Shown: one piece after another, positions 51,576 through 59,832 of the stretch
Numbering within the stretch: position 1 is the first letter of the stretch
How the letters are laid out: every line of letters begins with the position of its first letter
Source of the DNA: Methanobacteriota archaeon
Lineage (GTDB): Archaea; Thermoplasmatota; Poseidoniia; Poseidoniales; Poseidoniaceae
Length of the DNA stretch: 64,000 bases
Direction of reading: 5' to 3'
Assembly: GCA_038104845.1 (NCBI GenBank)
Contig: JAYOBJ010000009.1
Coordinates: 1,627-65,626 of the forward strand
Notes under the pieces: generated by a model
What the model was told of the DNA's origin: nothing
The model's database searches: none
What the model saw: the letters and a program-made list of their open reading frames with translations, nothing else
Program-made: the position numbers and the translations under genes

Positions 51576-52211
51576 TCATGCCCATTCGTCGGGGTCCAGT
51601 CCAGTCCCAAAGGACATTTTTTCATCGAACTCAACTTGGGCTGGCGTTCCGTTCGCATCCTCGGTGCTTCCTGGGCGAGATGGTGTCTTGGATTTCGCCC
51701 AATCATCGACCGGCCCCGGTTTTCCAACGCCCGGGCCGTAGGAATACTTGATCTCGTGAATCAACGCCAGTTTTGCGAGCCAAAGCTTACGAAGGCCGTT
51801 CATGAATTCGTTCTTCGTCAGTCCGTCGTACCAGATGGGCAAACTGACGTTAAACGCCTGGAGTGGGCCGGGCTTTGCATCGCCTTCATGGCCCATGTGG
51901 ATGGCCCAATCAACACCGGTTCGAATCAGATGGAGTCGGCTTTCATGCACCCATTCGCTCCAGTCGCTGTCCACATCGCTCATATGAGATTTCATTTCGT
52001 TTTGTTGCCCCTCGTCCACGCGCGTCATGCTCGAAATGGCGACCAAATCACGTTGCTTCGGAACGACCACAGCGAACATGTGACCTTGTTTTCCACCGGG
52101 ATACTTGACCATGAAGTGACCGTGTGCGCGTGGGTCGTTTTGGGCCTTGACGGTCAGCCGTTCTTCTGTGAACCAGGCTTTGAGTTGATTCACCACCGCT
52201 TCAGGCGACAT
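51576..52211 (-). CDS. Conserved hypothetical protein (possibly DUF2299-like)
   Basis: WFTEE near the N-terminus; IWYDGLTKNEFM. Confidence 0.6.
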   Translation of the reverse strand: MSPEAVVNQLKAWFTEERLTVKAQNDPRAHGHFMVKYPGGKQGHMFAVVVPKQRDLVAISSMTRVDEGQQNEMKSHMSDVDSDWSEWVHESRLHLIRTGVDWAIHMGHEGDAKPGPLQAFNVSLPIWYDGLTKNEFMNGLRKLWLAKLALIHEIKYSYGPGVGKPGPVDDWAKSKTPSRPGSTEDANGTPAQVEFDEKMSFGTGLDPDEWA

Positions 52212-52250
52212 GGAGGTGGGAGGGGCTCCTCCCGTTTGAAGGCCACCCCA

Positions 52251-53825
52251 TCAACAACGCTCGAGCAAGGTGGACAGCCGTTCGCCCATGTGGCGATGAA
52301 CCCGGCGGCGAACCCACGCCTTGCGAAGATCCATCCACGCATCCCAGCCCCAAGCGAAGGACATCCCGCACAACCAAAACACTGGGAAACACAGCAGATA
52401 GAGGACCATGATGGCCCACAGTTGATCGCGTTGGTGCCCACCGAACAGATGAAGCCAGTCCCAACCGGTTTGTGCAGCGATGACATCGTTCTGGTGCACC
52501 GCCAGCGCCACCCACCCCGCCGCCACCACGGGCCAAACGAGGAGTGAGCCGAAGAAAGCGGCCAAAAATTGGTAACTCGTTCGTGCGTCCAGCCCTTCAT
52601 CGGTTGAATCGCCCAGCAAGCGCCCCAACGCGATTTGGAAACCGAAGGCCGTGACGGTGAGCGGAAGCAGCGCCAAGAACAAACTCAATTTGAGGAAGGC
52701 ACCGGGAAACGCGGCCAGCCGCGCTTTGCGCAACCCGGTGGCTGCTGGGTTCAAGTCCCGGCCGTCCAGACCGGCGTCTTCGAGCACCGTGGCAACTTCT
52801 CGTGCAGCCTCCATGGTGGGGCCGGTCAACGGTGATGGGGGGGCGGTGTTCGAACGCCCTTCCATGCCGGTACGGACCTCCCGGGCCGCATGGACCTCTT
52901 CCTTCCAAGATGAAAGCGGGGCGTTCGAACGGTTGGCCCGTACGTGGGCGATGACGTGAAGGGCACGATGCTCTGTCCACGTGGACGTGTCGGGCGTGTA
53001 GTGAGGCAAGCGATCGCGCAACCGGTCGCGCAACGCGTTCACGGCTTCTGAGGGAGGCTCGACCCAATCGCCGTGCTTCACCGCTTCCACCAATTCTGCA
53101 GGGACGTCGTTGGGCTGAATGCAAATTGGTTCGCCGAATTCAATGTACTGATTTGTGCGAAACCGTTCCCTGTGGCGGAAATGCAGGCCCACCGGCACGA
53201 GCTCGGGCAAGGGCAGGCCTCGGGCGATGGCGAGGGCTGAAGCGGCCAGAACCGTTCGCATCGGCCCGGTTTTGAACCGCATCATGTGAGAATCGCTGTG
53301 ACTGGTCCCCTCCGGAAAGAGAACGCAGCCAAACCCATGAGCAACGCCACTGGACAGGGCGAGCAAGGAACGACCGTTGAGGTGGGCGGCCTCCGCCTCC
53401 GTGCAACCCCCTCGAAGCAGTTCGGCCTTCCGGACGACAGGTTGAACGGCCAAGCGTCTTGTCCACCACGACAGCAACGGCCGTGTTACCAAATCGTGGC
53501 GTGCACCGACCACGAATTCTTTTGGATGTTGCAGAAAAATGCCCAGAGGATCCATCAAACCGTTCGTGTGCCATCCGCAGCACATCGCCCCTCCGCCGTC
53601 ACGCTGAAGCGGCGTTTCGCTGGAGGATTCGGTGGTTCTGAACTGCGCCGACGACACCCGACGACACAACCAAAACGCAACGTTGGTCCACCACCAAGAC
53701 CCCGGCACGCTCGACTCATAGGTGGGCAACGGCGCCGATAGCAAGCGTTGCATGTCCATTTTTTTGGCCGATGCCGACAGTTCCGGGAGCGGGTCGTCCC
53801 GCATCGGCATCGTTTCTTCGGTCAT
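52251..53825 (-). CDS. PlsC-like glycerol-phosphate/lysophospholipid acyltransferase, membrane-bound
   Basis: HTNGLMD (HX4D), PVVR, FPEGTS, FKTG, PVGL; C-terminal TM helices. Confidence 0.85.
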   Translation of the reverse strand: MTEETMPMRDDPLPELSASAKKMDMQRLLSAPLPTYESSVPGSWWWTNVAFWLCRRVSSAQFRTTESSSETPLQRDGGGAMCCGWHTNGLMDPLGIFLQHPKEFVVGARHDLVTRPLLSWWTRRLAVQPVVRKAELLRGGCTEAEAAHLNGRSLLALSSGVAHGFGCVLFPEGTSHSDSHMMRFKTGPMRTVLAASALAIARGLPLPELVPVGLHFRHRERFRTNQYIEFGEPICIQPNDVPAELVEAVKHGDWVEPPSEAVNALRDRLRDRLPHYTPDTSTWTEHRALHVIAHVRANRSNAPLSSWKEEVHAAREVRTGMEGRSNTAPPSPLTGPTMEAAREVATVLEDAGLDGRDLNPAATGLRKARLAAFPGAFLKLSLFLALLPLTVTAFGFQIALGRLLGDSTDEGLDARTSYQFLAAFFGSLLVWPVVAAGWVALAVHQNDVIAAQTGWDWLHLFGGHQRDQLWAIMVLYLLCFPVFWLCGMSFAWGWDAWMDLRKAWVRRRVHRHMGERLSTLLERC

Positions 53826-54238
53826 GCCAACGCCTCGGCGAGAGCGGCGAGTTGGTGGTGGTCGGGGTCACCTTGCGGTGTTGAGGGCCACATGGAGGCC
53901 AAGGTACCCCCTCCGTCGCCGGGCGTCCTTGGCACCACGTGCAGGTGCACATGCGGCACTTCTTGACCGGCCAATGACCCGTCATGGACGCACACGGTGA
54001 AATCGGTGGTGTTGAAATGAGCCCCCAACCGTTGTTGAACCTCCACCACACCGTCCATCAACGCGTGGCGCTCGGTCGGGTCCAGCTCACTCAATCGGGC
54101 GACGCCGCGCAACGGCACCACGAGGGTGTGGCCCGGTCGCCGTGGAAACACGTCAAGAAAGGCATACCAAGCCTCGCCGCGTGCCACAGCGTGAGAGGGA
54201 ATCTCACCCGAAATGATGCGTTCAAACAAGGTGGCCAT
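53822..54238 (-). CDS. HIT family hydrolase
   Basis: AFLD..P..PGHTLVVP, AGQEVPHVHLHVVPR. Confidence 0.94.
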   Translation of the reverse strand: MATLFERIISGEIPSHAVARGEAWYAFLDVFPRRPGHTLVVPLRGVARLSELDPTERHALMDGVVEVQQRLGAHFNTTDFTVCVHDGSLAGQEVPHVHLHVVPRTPGDGGGTLASMWPSTPQGDPDHHQLAALAEALA

Positions 54239-54268
54239 GTGCCACGGGGAGGCAAAGCCGTGTTTTGT

Positions 54269-55885
54269 TCATTGTGGAGCCAACAACCAGTGGCCGCCCG
54301 TTCCCTTCTTCAGAGCCAGTTGGCCGATGTTGCCTTGGTGGTCAACCGTCACGTGGTGGAGGAAGGCGTCGTCGCTTTCGGGGAAATCCTCCCGTTCGAA
54401 TGAACCGCGAGATTCCTCGCGGGCCAAACCGCTGCGGACCGAGGCCATCAGCATGCGCACCGCCGCCTGCGTGCGCAACACCTCCAGAAGGTTGGTGTTG
54501 GCAAACAGGGAGGTTTGATCCAAGTGAAGCGATTCCGCTTGGTGATCGAGGGCCTCAAGTTTGGCCAAAAGACCGCTCATCGAGGTGCTTGAGAATGCCG
54601 TTGTCCCGGCGAGCGCAGCGTGAACGGAGGCCATCACCGTGCCGCAACGGACAGCGTGTGTGTCGCCCTGATCGTCCATCATGGCAGACAAATCCGCCTG
54701 AGCTTCCTCAACTGCAGCGCTGAGGCCCTCCGTCGAGGTGAAGGTTTGGGACGCCACCCAGGTCGCTGCATGTGAACCGGCCGCCGTGCCGGTGCAGAGG
54801 GCGTCAAGCAAACGGTTACCGGGGAGGGCGGTGGCACCATGGAAGCCGGTGCAGGCCGCGTCGCCTGCGGCGTACAAACCGGTGAACCAACGGGCCCACG
54901 TGCCGGTCACGCAACGCCCCATTTGATCGACTGGTAAGCCGCCGATGGTGTGACCGACGGCGAGTGAAATGGGAACGGTTTGACGGTTCATGTCGATGCC
55001 CGTGCGCTGTTGGACCAATCGGAAAACGGAACCCCACCACGCCGCTGAGTCACCAAGTTGACGGGCATCAAGAACCGGTTGAACCGCTTGTTGGACCGCT
55101 CGGACCAGTTCCAGAGGCGATGTGCCGACGTCCAAGGGGGCACCGGTGGCTTCGTGAAGGACCGCACCGTCAAGAAGCAGGCCTGTCGGAAGTCGAACAT
55201 CCGTGCCCGTGATGGTCAACGGATGATGGGTCATGAATTCCATGTCGCGAAGCGCAACCCCAGCACGGAACGCCAGGTCCATCCCCAGACCAACGGTCCC
55301 GTGACCGAAGGCGCCCTCAAACCCCTCATCGGCGATGATCAACGCCTTGCATTGCAAACCGATCACCTTTCCATTGGCCATGTCAAGCACGACCAAGCCA
55401 TCCACGGATTGGTCGGTGTGGACCAACGTCAACGGAACTTGGTCGCCGCGCCGGACCACACCGTGGCGCATCGCCTGTTCCTCACCGACCTGTTGCACCT
55501 GATGGGTGGTGGCGCTGCCAGCGTCCGTGGTCCGTGGTTGGGCGTGGCCTGAAGCGCGACGAACCAGTGGCAAGCCCTGGAGGTCCCTGTGAAAATTCAC
55601 GCCCCTGCGCTCCAGCAGATCCACCTGGCGCACGGCGGCGTTGGTGAACTCAGCGACCACATCTTGGTCGCAGAGAAACGCTCCACAGCGGATGGTGTCC
55701 TCCCGGTGCGACCGGGGGTTACTCTCCTGAATGGAGGCAGACAAGCCGTCCAGAGCACTGAGGCCGGGTTGGCCGAGTGCAGTTGAGGACATCATCAAGG
55801 TGCTTGCACCACCTTTCGCAGCTTCTGCAGCGGCCCGGAGGGCGGCGGGCCCGTCACCCAGCACAACGATGTCCCATGCTTCCAT
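54269..55885 (-). CDS. SdhA/FrdA/NadB-family flavoprotein homologue (degenerate active site)
   Basis: DTI..G..LCDQD, DMEF..HP, GLYAAGD.AC.G.HGA, R.ESRG...R.DFP. Confidence 0.8.
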   Translation of the reverse strand: MEAWDIVVLGDGPAALRAAAEAAKGGASTLMMSSTALGQPGLSALDGLSASIQESNPRSHREDTIRCGAFLCDQDVVAEFTNAAVRQVDLLERRGVNFHRDLQGLPLVRRASGHAQPRTTDAGSATTHQVQQVGEEQAMRHGVVRRGDQVPLTLVHTDQSVDGLVVLDMANGKVIGLQCKALIIADEGFEGAFGHGTVGLGMDLAFRAGVALRDMEFMTHHPLTITGTDVRLPTGLLLDGAVLHEATGAPLDVGTSPLELVRAVQQAVQPVLDARQLGDSAAWWGSVFRLVQQRTGIDMNRQTVPISLAVGHTIGGLPVDQMGRCVTGTWARWFTGLYAAGDAACTGFHGATALPGNRLLDALCTGTAAGSHAATWVASQTFTSTEGLSAAVEEAQADLSAMMDDQGDTHAVRCGTVMASVHAALAGTTAFSSTSMSGLLAKLEALDHQAESLHLDQTSLFANTNLLEVLRTQAAVRMLMASVRSGLAREESRGSFEREDFPESDDAFLHHVTVDHQGNIGQLALKKGTGGHWLLAPQ

Positions 55886-55974
55886 GATGAATCTCCTCGT
55901 GGTTGGCGAAACATCGGTGCGCCATAAGGTGCGCGCTTCTTCCGTGTCGTCGCATGGAAGGAAGGGGCCTGCGC

Positions 55975-57483
55975 TCAGGCTTCAGGGAGCGGGTGTTGAG
56001 ACCACACTCGCGCCCGCTCCAACGCCCAGAAGCGGCGGCGGGCGCTGTTTCCAATGCGGCGTTGAACATGGGTACGCAACACCTGAGATTCGATCACCAC
56101 CCCTTCTTCGTCCCTCAGAATGACTTGAACGAAGCGATCACCATGGGTTTTGTTGGGCCAAGCCACGCCCAACCACAGCACAACCCCTTGCTGCAGGTAC
56201 CGAGGAACCCAATCCAACGCGTCGTCTTCCCCATTGGCGTTCAGCGATACCGCTTCACGAGGCGAGGGGCAGGGTTGCAACTCAAACCGGTGGTCACGGG
56301 AGAACGGGTCGCCGCCGGGGCACAGCACTTCAATTCGAGCGGACGCCGTATCGAAGGTTTGGTTGTTCAACACGATGAACAGGTGACCGGACCCCTCCGG
56401 GCATTGAGCATCCAACGCAACGTCCATTCGCCAGGGGGAGCGGAGCATCTTGGAATCGCCGCGCAACATATCGAGTTGCAATCGGTCAAGCAACTGGAAG
56501 GCGCCGGGTTGCCAGACCCGGGCATGGTCGAGCAATCGTTGCAAAGACCGCCAGTTGAACTTCGCCTCGGGATCGAGCAGGACCGTTTCCAATGCATCGG
56601 GACGAATGAACTCCCGAAGTTCTCGAACGGCGTCGCTGTCGGACATATCGCCGTTCGCGTTGAGGAGTAAAATGTAGAGCACGCGCTCCCACGATTGGTT
56701 TTGATCGTAGCCAGGCAGCAGCGAATCGTGGAAGGTCGAAAGCCAAGAAGACCAATCCAACACCAGGTCAGGGTCCAAATGAAGCACGATCAATTCGCCC
56801 AAAATGGATCCGAGTTGGGTCGGGTGGTGGGTGGGAGCATGGTGGATCAGGCATGGCATAGCATCGCCTTGCTGAACCACGGCATCCACGGTGAACAAGG
56901 AATGAAACAAATGCGCCAGTCCCATGGTCATCGCCAGCAAGAAGGACAAATTCCACACCGTCGTTTCAATCCGAATCACCGTGCTCAGACTCAGCAAAAA
57001 CAATGCCGATACACCCAACAACGCGTTGACGGTATGATGACGGCGCACGTCACGAATGCCCTCCAAGATTCGATCCATGCCGGGCTGCGACCGAAGGGAT
57101 TGCCGCCCGCCCGCAATGTTTTCATCGGTTTCTCGAAGTGAAATACGGGCCTGAATGGATTGCCACAACGCTTCGCCAGCCAGCAACGGCGGCACCGTTG
57201 CCAGGAGCAACGGTGCCCCCCAAATCAACAAGGTGTAACCGGGGTGGGGTAGGGTTTGCTCCGGATAAAGCACCGAAAGGAACGCCACGAGGGCAATGCT
57301 GAAACCAAAAACGGCTCGCAATGTGAGCAACGCTGGATGGCGAGCAAGGTTGCCCGCTCGAAGACGCAGGGTTTCCTGTCGCTCCCATTTGGCTTGCGTC
57401 CGCTCCACCGGATTTTCCGCCCGAACGAACCCGTGACCGTACGGGTCGGGCAACTGATTCCGTGGCTCGTTATCGTTGGGCAT
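55975..57483 (-). CDS. Four-TM membrane protein with a C-terminal soluble domain, hypothetical
   Basis: Coherent 502-aa ORF; TATA-like element near 57513. Confidence 0.75.
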   Translation of the reverse strand: MPNDNEPRNQLPDPYGHGFVRAENPVERTQAKWERQETLRLRAGNLARHPALLTLRAVFGFSIALVAFLSVLYPEQTLPHPGYTLLIWGAPLLLATVPPLLAGEALWQSIQARISLRETDENIAGGRQSLRSQPGMDRILEGIRDVRRHHTVNALLGVSALFLLSLSTVIRIETTVWNLSFLLAMTMGLAHLFHSLFTVDAVVQQGDAMPCLIHHAPTHHPTQLGSILGELIVLHLDPDLVLDWSSWLSTFHDSLLPGYDQNQSWERVLYILLLNANGDMSDSDAVRELREFIRPDALETVLLDPEAKFNWRSLQRLLDHARVWQPGAFQLLDRLQLDMLRGDSKMLRSPWRMDVALDAQCPEGSGHLFIVLNNQTFDTASARIEVLCPGGDPFSRDHRFELQPCPSPREAVSLNANGEDDALDWVPRYLQQGVVLWLGVAWPNKTHGDRFVQVILRDEEGVVIESQVLRTHVQRRIGNSARRRFWALERARVWSQHPLPEA

Positions 57484-57559
57484 GCGCCGTCGTGTTGTCC
57501 ACGGGCGGGTTGTATATGCCTCTTCTCCAACGATTGACGACCTTGCGCAGGACCGTGAA

Positions 57560-57633
57560 CGGGCGTGGCAGGATTCGAACCCGCGATCTTCGGCTTAGGA
57601 GGCCGATGCATTATCCAGCTGTGCTACACGCCC
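57560..57633 (-). tRNA. tRNA-Arg(CCT)
   Basis: Reverse complement GGGCGTGTAGCACAGCTGGATAATGCATCGGC-CTCCTAA-GCCGAAGATCGCGGGTTCGAATCCTGCCACGCCCG forms a cloverleaf; CCA not encoded. Confidence 0.95.
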
Positions 57634-57674
57634 ATGCCTTGCTGGCCGGCTTCCTGTCATGACCGTTGCGCCCC

Positions 57675-58811
57675 TCAAAGGACCCTGCCTGCACCAACGG
57701 ATGCCACGTCGTGGAGGAAGCGTTCGAGTTGGATGCGCGGTTGGGCCGAACGCTGGAGGTTCATGTCGCATTTGGAGAGCGCGTGGAGCAGGTCGGCCAT
57801 CACCGGTTCAGGAAAATGCGACCGGCCGGCCGTGAGGAAAGCATGGATGCGATCCACGACATCTCGGCCGTCCAACTCATGGGCCCCCATCATGGTGTCC
57901 AAGGCCCCCATGGCCCCTTTCAGGACGCGACTGTTTTTGTTCCCCTGCTTCTCCCACTTCCAATCGTGAACACGTCCCCGCAAGGCTTCCTCCATCATCA
58001 ATTGAACATCGCGCAATGATGTGTTGGACATCAGCGTTTGGACATGGGTGCGGTCATCGAGCAGCCCGCGTTCGGCCAAGAGTTGTGCGACGAACAAGGC
58101 CTGACGAAGGTTGCCCTGCGAAACGTGGGCAATGTCGCCCAACAATCCCCGCACGGCGGTGTGCCCTTCTTCCCGGAGCACGGCCTCCAATCGCTGTTCG
58201 ATCATGGGGCGCGTGGCCGCAGGAAAACGGACGTGAACAGCACGGCTTCGCAACGCTTCGATGATGCGCGACGGCGTGTGGGTCGTGAAAATGAAACGGG
58301 CGCTCCGGCTGCTCTCCTCCATCATCCGGCGCAGATAGGATTGTCGAGCGTGCCCAAGATGGTCGGCGTCTTCGATCACGATGATGCGTGACACCGCCGC
58401 CATGCCATCGCCGTTGGCGCGGCGCTCCTCACCCGCTGGAGCGGGGCTGTCGTCCGAAGCCGCCATGAGATCGTGGTCAAAGGCATCCAAGCTGGTTCGA
58501 CCCGCGAGCGTGTCGTCGGACGAGGCGCCCTCGGGTCGAAGGAAGGCTTCGAAGGTCGCCATCGCCCCCGCAGTGCGTGCTAAATCCCGAGCCTGAAGCA
58601 CGTGTGTGGTGGCCTCCCAAGAAGGGCCAAGCACTTGCCTGCACATCAATCGATAGGCAGCTGTCTTTCCTGCCCCCGGAGGGCCCGACAACAACAGATG
58701 AGGTGGGTTGGCTTGGAGCGAGAGGCGGGTCAGGGTGTTGATGACCGACGCATCGGTCACGAGATCGCTGAAGTGGCGGGGGCGATGGTGCACCAACCAC
58801 ATTTCAGCCAT
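57675..58811 (-). CDS. Replication factor C small subunit-like AAA+ ATPase (divergent)
   Basis: W...HRP..F.D, PHLLLSGPPGAGKT, IIVIEDAD, Q..LRR.ME, ALRSR, GNLR.A. Confidence 0.85.
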   Translation of the reverse strand: MAEMWLVHHRPRHFSDLVTDASVINTLTRLSLQANPPHLLLSGPPGAGKTAAYRLMCRQVLGPSWEATTHVLQARDLARTAGAMATFEAFLRPEGASSDDTLAGRTSLDAFDHDLMAASDDSPAPAGEERRANGDGMAAVSRIIVIEDADHLGHARQSYLRRMMEESSRSARFIFTTHTPSRIIEALRSRAVHVRFPAATRPMIEQRLEAVLREEGHTAVRGLLGDIAHVSQGNLRQALFVAQLLAERGLLDDRTHVQTLMSNTSLRDVQLMMEEALRGRVHDWKWEKQGNKNSRVLKGAMGALDTMMGAHELDGRDVVDRIHAFLTAGRSHFPEPVMADLLHALSKCDMNLQRSAQPRIQLERFLHDVASVGAGRVL

Positions 58812-58858
58812 GAGGGGAACTCAGGTTAACGGTCTTTCAACCCTGCGAACACAAAGGC

Positions 58859-59008
58859 TCACTCGGCGCTGAGGCGCTTGGTACCGTGGCGTCGCAACTT
58901 CATGAAGATGCGAGATCCACAGCCTTTGCAGCTGATGCCGTTGCGCTCTCGGTGGAAGGATTCGACGCTTCCGCAATCGGCGCACTTGTAGTCAACGAGT
59001 TCAACCAT
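58859..59008 (-). CDS. rpo12: DNA-directed RNA polymerase subunit P (Rpo12)
   Basis: YKCADCG...ISCKGCGSRIFMKLR zinc ribbon, 49 aa; GGAG SD. Confidence 0.92.
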   Translation of the reverse strand: MVELVDYKCADCGSVESFHRERNGISCKGCGSRIFMKLRRHGTKRLSAE

Positions 59009-59010
59009 GT

Positions 59011-59040
59011 GATTCGCTCCGATTCGTTCCAATTCGCCCG
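59011..59040. repeat. Three imperfect 10-bp tandem repeats upstream of rpo12
   Basis: GATTCGCTCC GATTCGTTCC AATTCGCCCG. Confidence 0.6.
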
Positions 59041-59262
59041 CGGTTTTGAATGTGTCCATCGCCGATTCGCGCCATCAAGGCGTCCAACGCACCAGGTGAT
59101 ATCGCCAACACCTGACCCTCAAAAACGAGGGTGGCGACTCTGAACAACACTGCGCTGGGTGGCCGCTGGTGGCGAACGCACACCACGTGAAGCGGAACTT
59201 GAAGTTCCAAATCCTCGATGAGATCGCGTGTTTCCGAGGTCGTCCACGGGCGAAACGGGCCA

Positions 59263-59700
59263 TCAGCAGCGCAGGCCGCCGCCCACGAGACCGGGCATCA
59301 AGCGAATTCGACTGTCAGCGTCCAGGTTCATGTCGGCCAGGTCTCCGGTGTTCACCAGTTGGTCGTTCACGAACACCCACGTGCCTTGGGCGTTCTCAGC
59401 CCGTTCGGTGAGTTCGGCCTTGGTCATTTTGACCACCGAGTGACCCGTCGCATCAGCGATTTCGACATCGAAGCGCATGCCGTCTTGGCCGCCCACGAGA
59501 CCGGGCATCAAGCGAATTCGACTGTCGGCGTTCAAGTTCATGTCGGCCAGGTCACCGGTGTTCACCAGTTGGTCGTTCACGAACACCCACGTGCCTTGGG
59601 CGTTTTCCGCCTTCTCGACGAGTTGTTCTTGGGTCATCTGGACCACCGAGTGGCCCGTCGCATCAGCAATTTCAACATCAAACAGCATTTTTTCGGACAT
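59263..59700 (-). CDS. Tandem ubiquitin/SAMP-like (beta-grasp) two-domain precursor protein
   Basis: 145 aa: two ~70-aa units each ending IRLMPGLVGG, VFVN motif, C-terminal cap GLRC; GAGGT SD and TATA upstream. Confidence 0.8.
   Translation of the reverse strand: MSEKMLFDVEIADATGHSVVQMTQEQLVEKAENAQGTWVFVNDQLVNTGDLADMNLNADSRIRLMPGLVGGQDGMRFDVEIADATGHSVVKMTKAELTERAENAQGTWVFVNDQLVNTGDLADMNLDADSRIRLMPGLVGGGLRC
59278..59697. repeat. 210-bp direct tandem repeat (two copies) within the Ubl-like gene
   Basis: GCCGCCCACGAGACCGGGCATCAAGCGAATTCGACTGTC at both 59278 and 59488. Confidence 0.95.
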
Positions 59701-59735
59701 GTGTTGTACCTCACGAGACCCTGCTTCTCGAGGGG

Positions 59736-59742
59736 ATATAAG
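59736..59742 (-). promoter_or_regulatory. Putative TATA box of the Ubl-like gene
   Basis: Minus strand CTTATAT about 36 nt upstream of ATG 59700. Confidence 0.5.
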
Positions 59743-59832
59743 GGCGCGACATCCGTCCTCGACGGTCGGTTGCGCCTTTGGTTCCACCCGATGCTGAGTC
59801 ACAAAGGAAACGAACGTTGAGATGGTATAAAC

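Noticed and set aside
59278-59697. Repeat considered as a CRISPR array or mobile element
   Set aside because: Only two 210-bp in-frame coding units, with no spacers, cas genes or terminal repeats.
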